From contig JAQBQP010000001.1 in assembly GCA_028286905.1 (NCBI GenBank), positions 143,114-207,113 of the forward strand: a DNA stretch of 64,000 nt, given 5' to 3'. The stretch is from Candidatus Doudnabacteria bacterium. GTDB taxonomy: Bacteria; Patescibacteriota; Doudnabacteria; UBA920; VMFF01. A model generated the notes under the pieces. The model was not told where the DNA came from. It ran no database searches and worked only from the letters and a program-made list of their open reading frames with translations. Both the position numbers and the translations under genes were made by a program. Below are positions 61,753 through 64,000 of this stretch, piece by piece; the stretch's first letter is position 1; each line of letters opens with the position of its first letter.

Positions 61753-62162
61753 AAACGAAACTGTTCGCGCGCGTCTCTGAAATCTTTTTCAAAAAAATGA
61801 TCGATAGGATTTGACTCCGGGGTTAACTCATAGTGGCCGCGGATTTCTCGGTCTTCAAATAATCTTAAGTGATGCTGCCATCGAAAGCTGTCATGTTTTC
61901 TTAGAACCAAAATTTCACCTTCGTCTTCCCAGGCAACAACGTGATGGTGAAAATTATGCTTGCGTAAACGTTCTTTATAGTGCTCAATTGTATAATTAGG
62001 AGAAAGGTGTCCTAAGTAGAAATTTTGTCTGCCAGAGTGATGGACAATTTTTAGTTTCAATAGACCATCTCGAACATACGGAAATATCGGGTAAAGTATA
62101 TGCCAAAGAATTTGTTTTAGGTGTTCAGCAAAAGTTTTTTTCCCTTTGTAGTATTGAGCCAT
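61656..62162 (-). CDS. Hypothetical protein, His-rich
   Basis: 168-aa ORF co-oriented with the upstream ligase-like gene; WQHHLRLFED..GHYE. Confidence 0.75.
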   Translation of the reverse strand: MAQYYKGKKTFAEHLKQILWHILYPIFPYVRDGLLKLKIVHHSGRQNFYLGHLSPNYTIEHYKERLRKHNFHHHVVAWEDEGEILVLRKHDSFRWQHHLRLFEDREIRGHYELTPESNPIDHFFEKDFRDAREQFRFYLGDMLIEDESRYTKSHNLPDASTAFPYNGK

Positions 62163-62171
62163 AGATTAAAT

Positions 62172-63476
62172 TTACCACAGAAAATTTTTAACCACAATTC
62201 TTTGATTCAAAATCAACCCAACTATCAACCATAAAAGTAATTGAGTTTGTTGGATAGTATAAAAATAGTGATCAAAAAACATTAGCATAATTATCCCCAA
62301 AAATGTAATCAAGAATATGGTAGAGAAAATTTTAGTTTCATCTGGAACTATTTTTTTAAATCCCCTGCTTAATAAATAAATTAGGTATCCAAAAATAATA
62401 ATAATAAATGCCACACCTTCTATGCCTGCTTCACATGCAACTGTCAAAAAGTAATTGTGTGGTGGCTGAACTTGAATTTCGCTGGTGGGTTTAATTGTTT
62501 TCCTCATTTCATTGATCATGTTCCCAAAACCCACTCCAAAGGGGTGCTCTTTTATTATTCGAATCGCAATTTGATTGTAATAGGTTCTGGAGAATTCAGT
62601 AGAAGCAGTATTTATTGCTCTAGCCTTCAAAAAAGGCAAGAAACTAGTAACTCCGATAATCGTGGCAAACAGTAAAACCATGCCAATTTTCTTTATTTGT
62701 TCGATCTTACCTGGAACCTCTCTATATATTAGATAAATGATACTAATAAGTGTTACATATGAAACTACAAGGCCCGACCGGGAAAAAGTTGCAAAGTTGC
62801 CCAATGTTGAACCAAACAAGCAAAAACCATAAAAAACTTGAGATTGGTAGCTTTTTGTAGTTATAAATGCATAAGCACAGGTTGCACATACAACTAACAG
62901 GAAAGCACTTAAAACGTTTGGATGCGGAAAGGTGCCGTACCCTCTTATTAACTTAAGGGGTCCTATATCTATCTTAGCGACTCCTATAATTGAATTATTT
63001 AGAAAATCTTCCCCTACGAGCTTCAGTCCTACTGAACGTTGCATGACAAACTGTAAAATTGCCAAAGAACTTTGAAGGATGCCCAATATTGCCATAAGTG
63101 GCTTAAAAACTACAAAATAATCGGTAGTTTGTTTTATTCCACGTGCTACAAATGCTAAATAAAATAATAAAAGCGCTAATTCTTCTAACTTTAATAAAGA
63201 AAACCAATTATATGTTCCACGTGGTGAAATAAATTCCACGCTAAAGAATATTACGATTCCCACTGTCGCAAGGATTCGCCCCTTGTGCGGATAATCTCTA
63301 AAGATATAACCAAAACCAAGCCATGCAATTAATGCTAAATCGCTGATGTATAGGCTCAGTCTGGTAAATTCGCTTTCCGATAAATTCCAAGAAAAAATAT
63401 GCCGTCTGTTTAGCGGTAAAGTTATTAAAAATATTCCGAAAAGAATTTTCTCTATGAATGTCTGATTTAGTTTCAT
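62172..63476 (-). CDS. O-antigen ligase family membrane protein
   Basis: RGYGTFPHPNVL, TFSRSG, PPHNYFL..EAG, FDHYF. Confidence 0.88.
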   Translation of the reverse strand: MKLNQTFIEKILFGIFLITLPLNRRHIFSWNLSESEFTRLSLYISDLALIAWLGFGYIFRDYPHKGRILATVGIVIFFSVEFISPRGTYNWFSLLKLEELALLLFYLAFVARGIKQTTDYFVVFKPLMAILGILQSSLAILQFVMQRSVGLKLVGEDFLNNSIIGVAKIDIGPLKLIRGYGTFPHPNVLSAFLLVVCATCAYAFITTKSYQSQVFYGFCLFGSTLGNFATFSRSGLVVSYVTLISIIYLIYREVPGKIEQIKKIGMVLLFATIIGVTSFLPFLKARAINTASTEFSRTYYNQIAIRIIKEHPFGVGFGNMINEMRKTIKPTSEIQVQPPHNYFLTVACEAGIEGVAFIIIIFGYLIYLLSRGFKKIVPDETKIFSTIFLITFLGIIMLMFFDHYFYTIQQTQLLLWLIVGLILNQRIVVKNFLW

Positions 63477-63559
63477 TTGAGTGTTGGTACGCTTTAATTA
63501 TATCCTAATTCTTTACTCTATATATAAATAAGGATAAACTATTCTAGTAATTTCAAATT

Positions 63560-63636
63560 GCCCCTGTAGCTCAGTGGATTAGAGCGGTTCCGTCCTAAGG
63601 AAAAGGTCGTAGGTTCGATTCCTGCCAGGGGCACCA
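63560..63636 (+). tRNA. tRNA-Arg(CCU)
   Basis: TTCC GTCCTAA GGAA, CCA; unusual G32 and a G27-A43 mismatch. Confidence 0.9.
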
Positions 63637-63652
63637 AATATAAACCAAACAA

Positions 63653-64000
63653 ATGATTTTTCCAACTTTTACAAAAGAGCGCCAAGGGCTACAAAGAGGT
63701 TTTGATTTTATAGCCGGATGTGATGAGGTCGGCGCAGGCCCCGTAGCGGGACCTGTTGTTGTAGCTGCATGTATTTTAAACCCTAATAATATAGGAGAAA
63801 AGCGCAGCGGTAAAAAATGGTATTATCGCGTTAGAGATTCTAAAACTGTAAGCGAAAAAGAGCGGGAGAAGTTGGTAGAGGAGATTTTAAAAAACTGTAT
63901 TAGCTATGGGATAGGGGAGGTGCAAGCTGATGAAATAGATAAAATAAATATTCATCAAGCAAAATTGCTAGCCATGAAGCTCGCAGTAGAGGATATGCTA
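63653..64000 (+). CDS. rnhB: Ribonuclease HII (runs off the right edge)
   Basis: Manual translation IAGCDEVGAGPVAGPVVVAA..RDSK..EIDKINIHQA. Confidence 0.95.
   Translation, partial: MIFPTFTKERQGLQRGFDFIAGCDEVGAGPVAGPVVVAACILNPNNIGEKRSGKKWYYRVRDSKTVSEKEREKLVEEILKNCISYGIGEVQADEIDKINIHQAKLLAMKLAVEDML

Overview
AT-rich chromosomal segment around the replication origin of a small-genome bacterium; gene content and architecture suggest Patescibacteria/CPR (inference). It holds rpoC (partial)-rpoB, DNA repair and replication genes (ruvA/B/C dispersed, uvrB, polA, recF, dnaN, dnaA, dciA, gyrA, nth, partial rnhB), rpmH-rnpA-yidC-jag, cell-envelope genes (MurE, FemAB, PBP1A, VanW, two O-antigen-ligase-like proteins, RfbB, FdtA), translation genes (rpsT, rpsA, tyrS, infB, rbfA, tsaB, tsaE, rsmI, rsmC) and 8 tRNAs. 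No CRISPR, integrase or transposase is visible. Main observations: (1) at least 12 core genes have a -10 hexamer 6-7 nt before the ATG (leaderless architecture), while seven GC-richer orphan islets sit between core genes, each with a Shine-Dalgarno site, most with their own promoter and terminator; (2) islet cargo includes a tandem pair of HTH plus triple Zn-site paralogs sharing a -35 element with rpsA, a CsoSCA-like carbonic anhydrase, a beta-propeller lipoprotein, a frameshifted Nudix gene and a 59-aa ORF missing from the ORF track; (3) a tRNA-Ile with anticodon UAU; (4) a promoter- and terminator-bounded ~175-nt non-coding transcript; (5) RfbB with an N-terminal UPF0175-like extension; (6) an oriC with DnaA-trios. 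All calls come from reading the sequence; no searches or folding programs were run.
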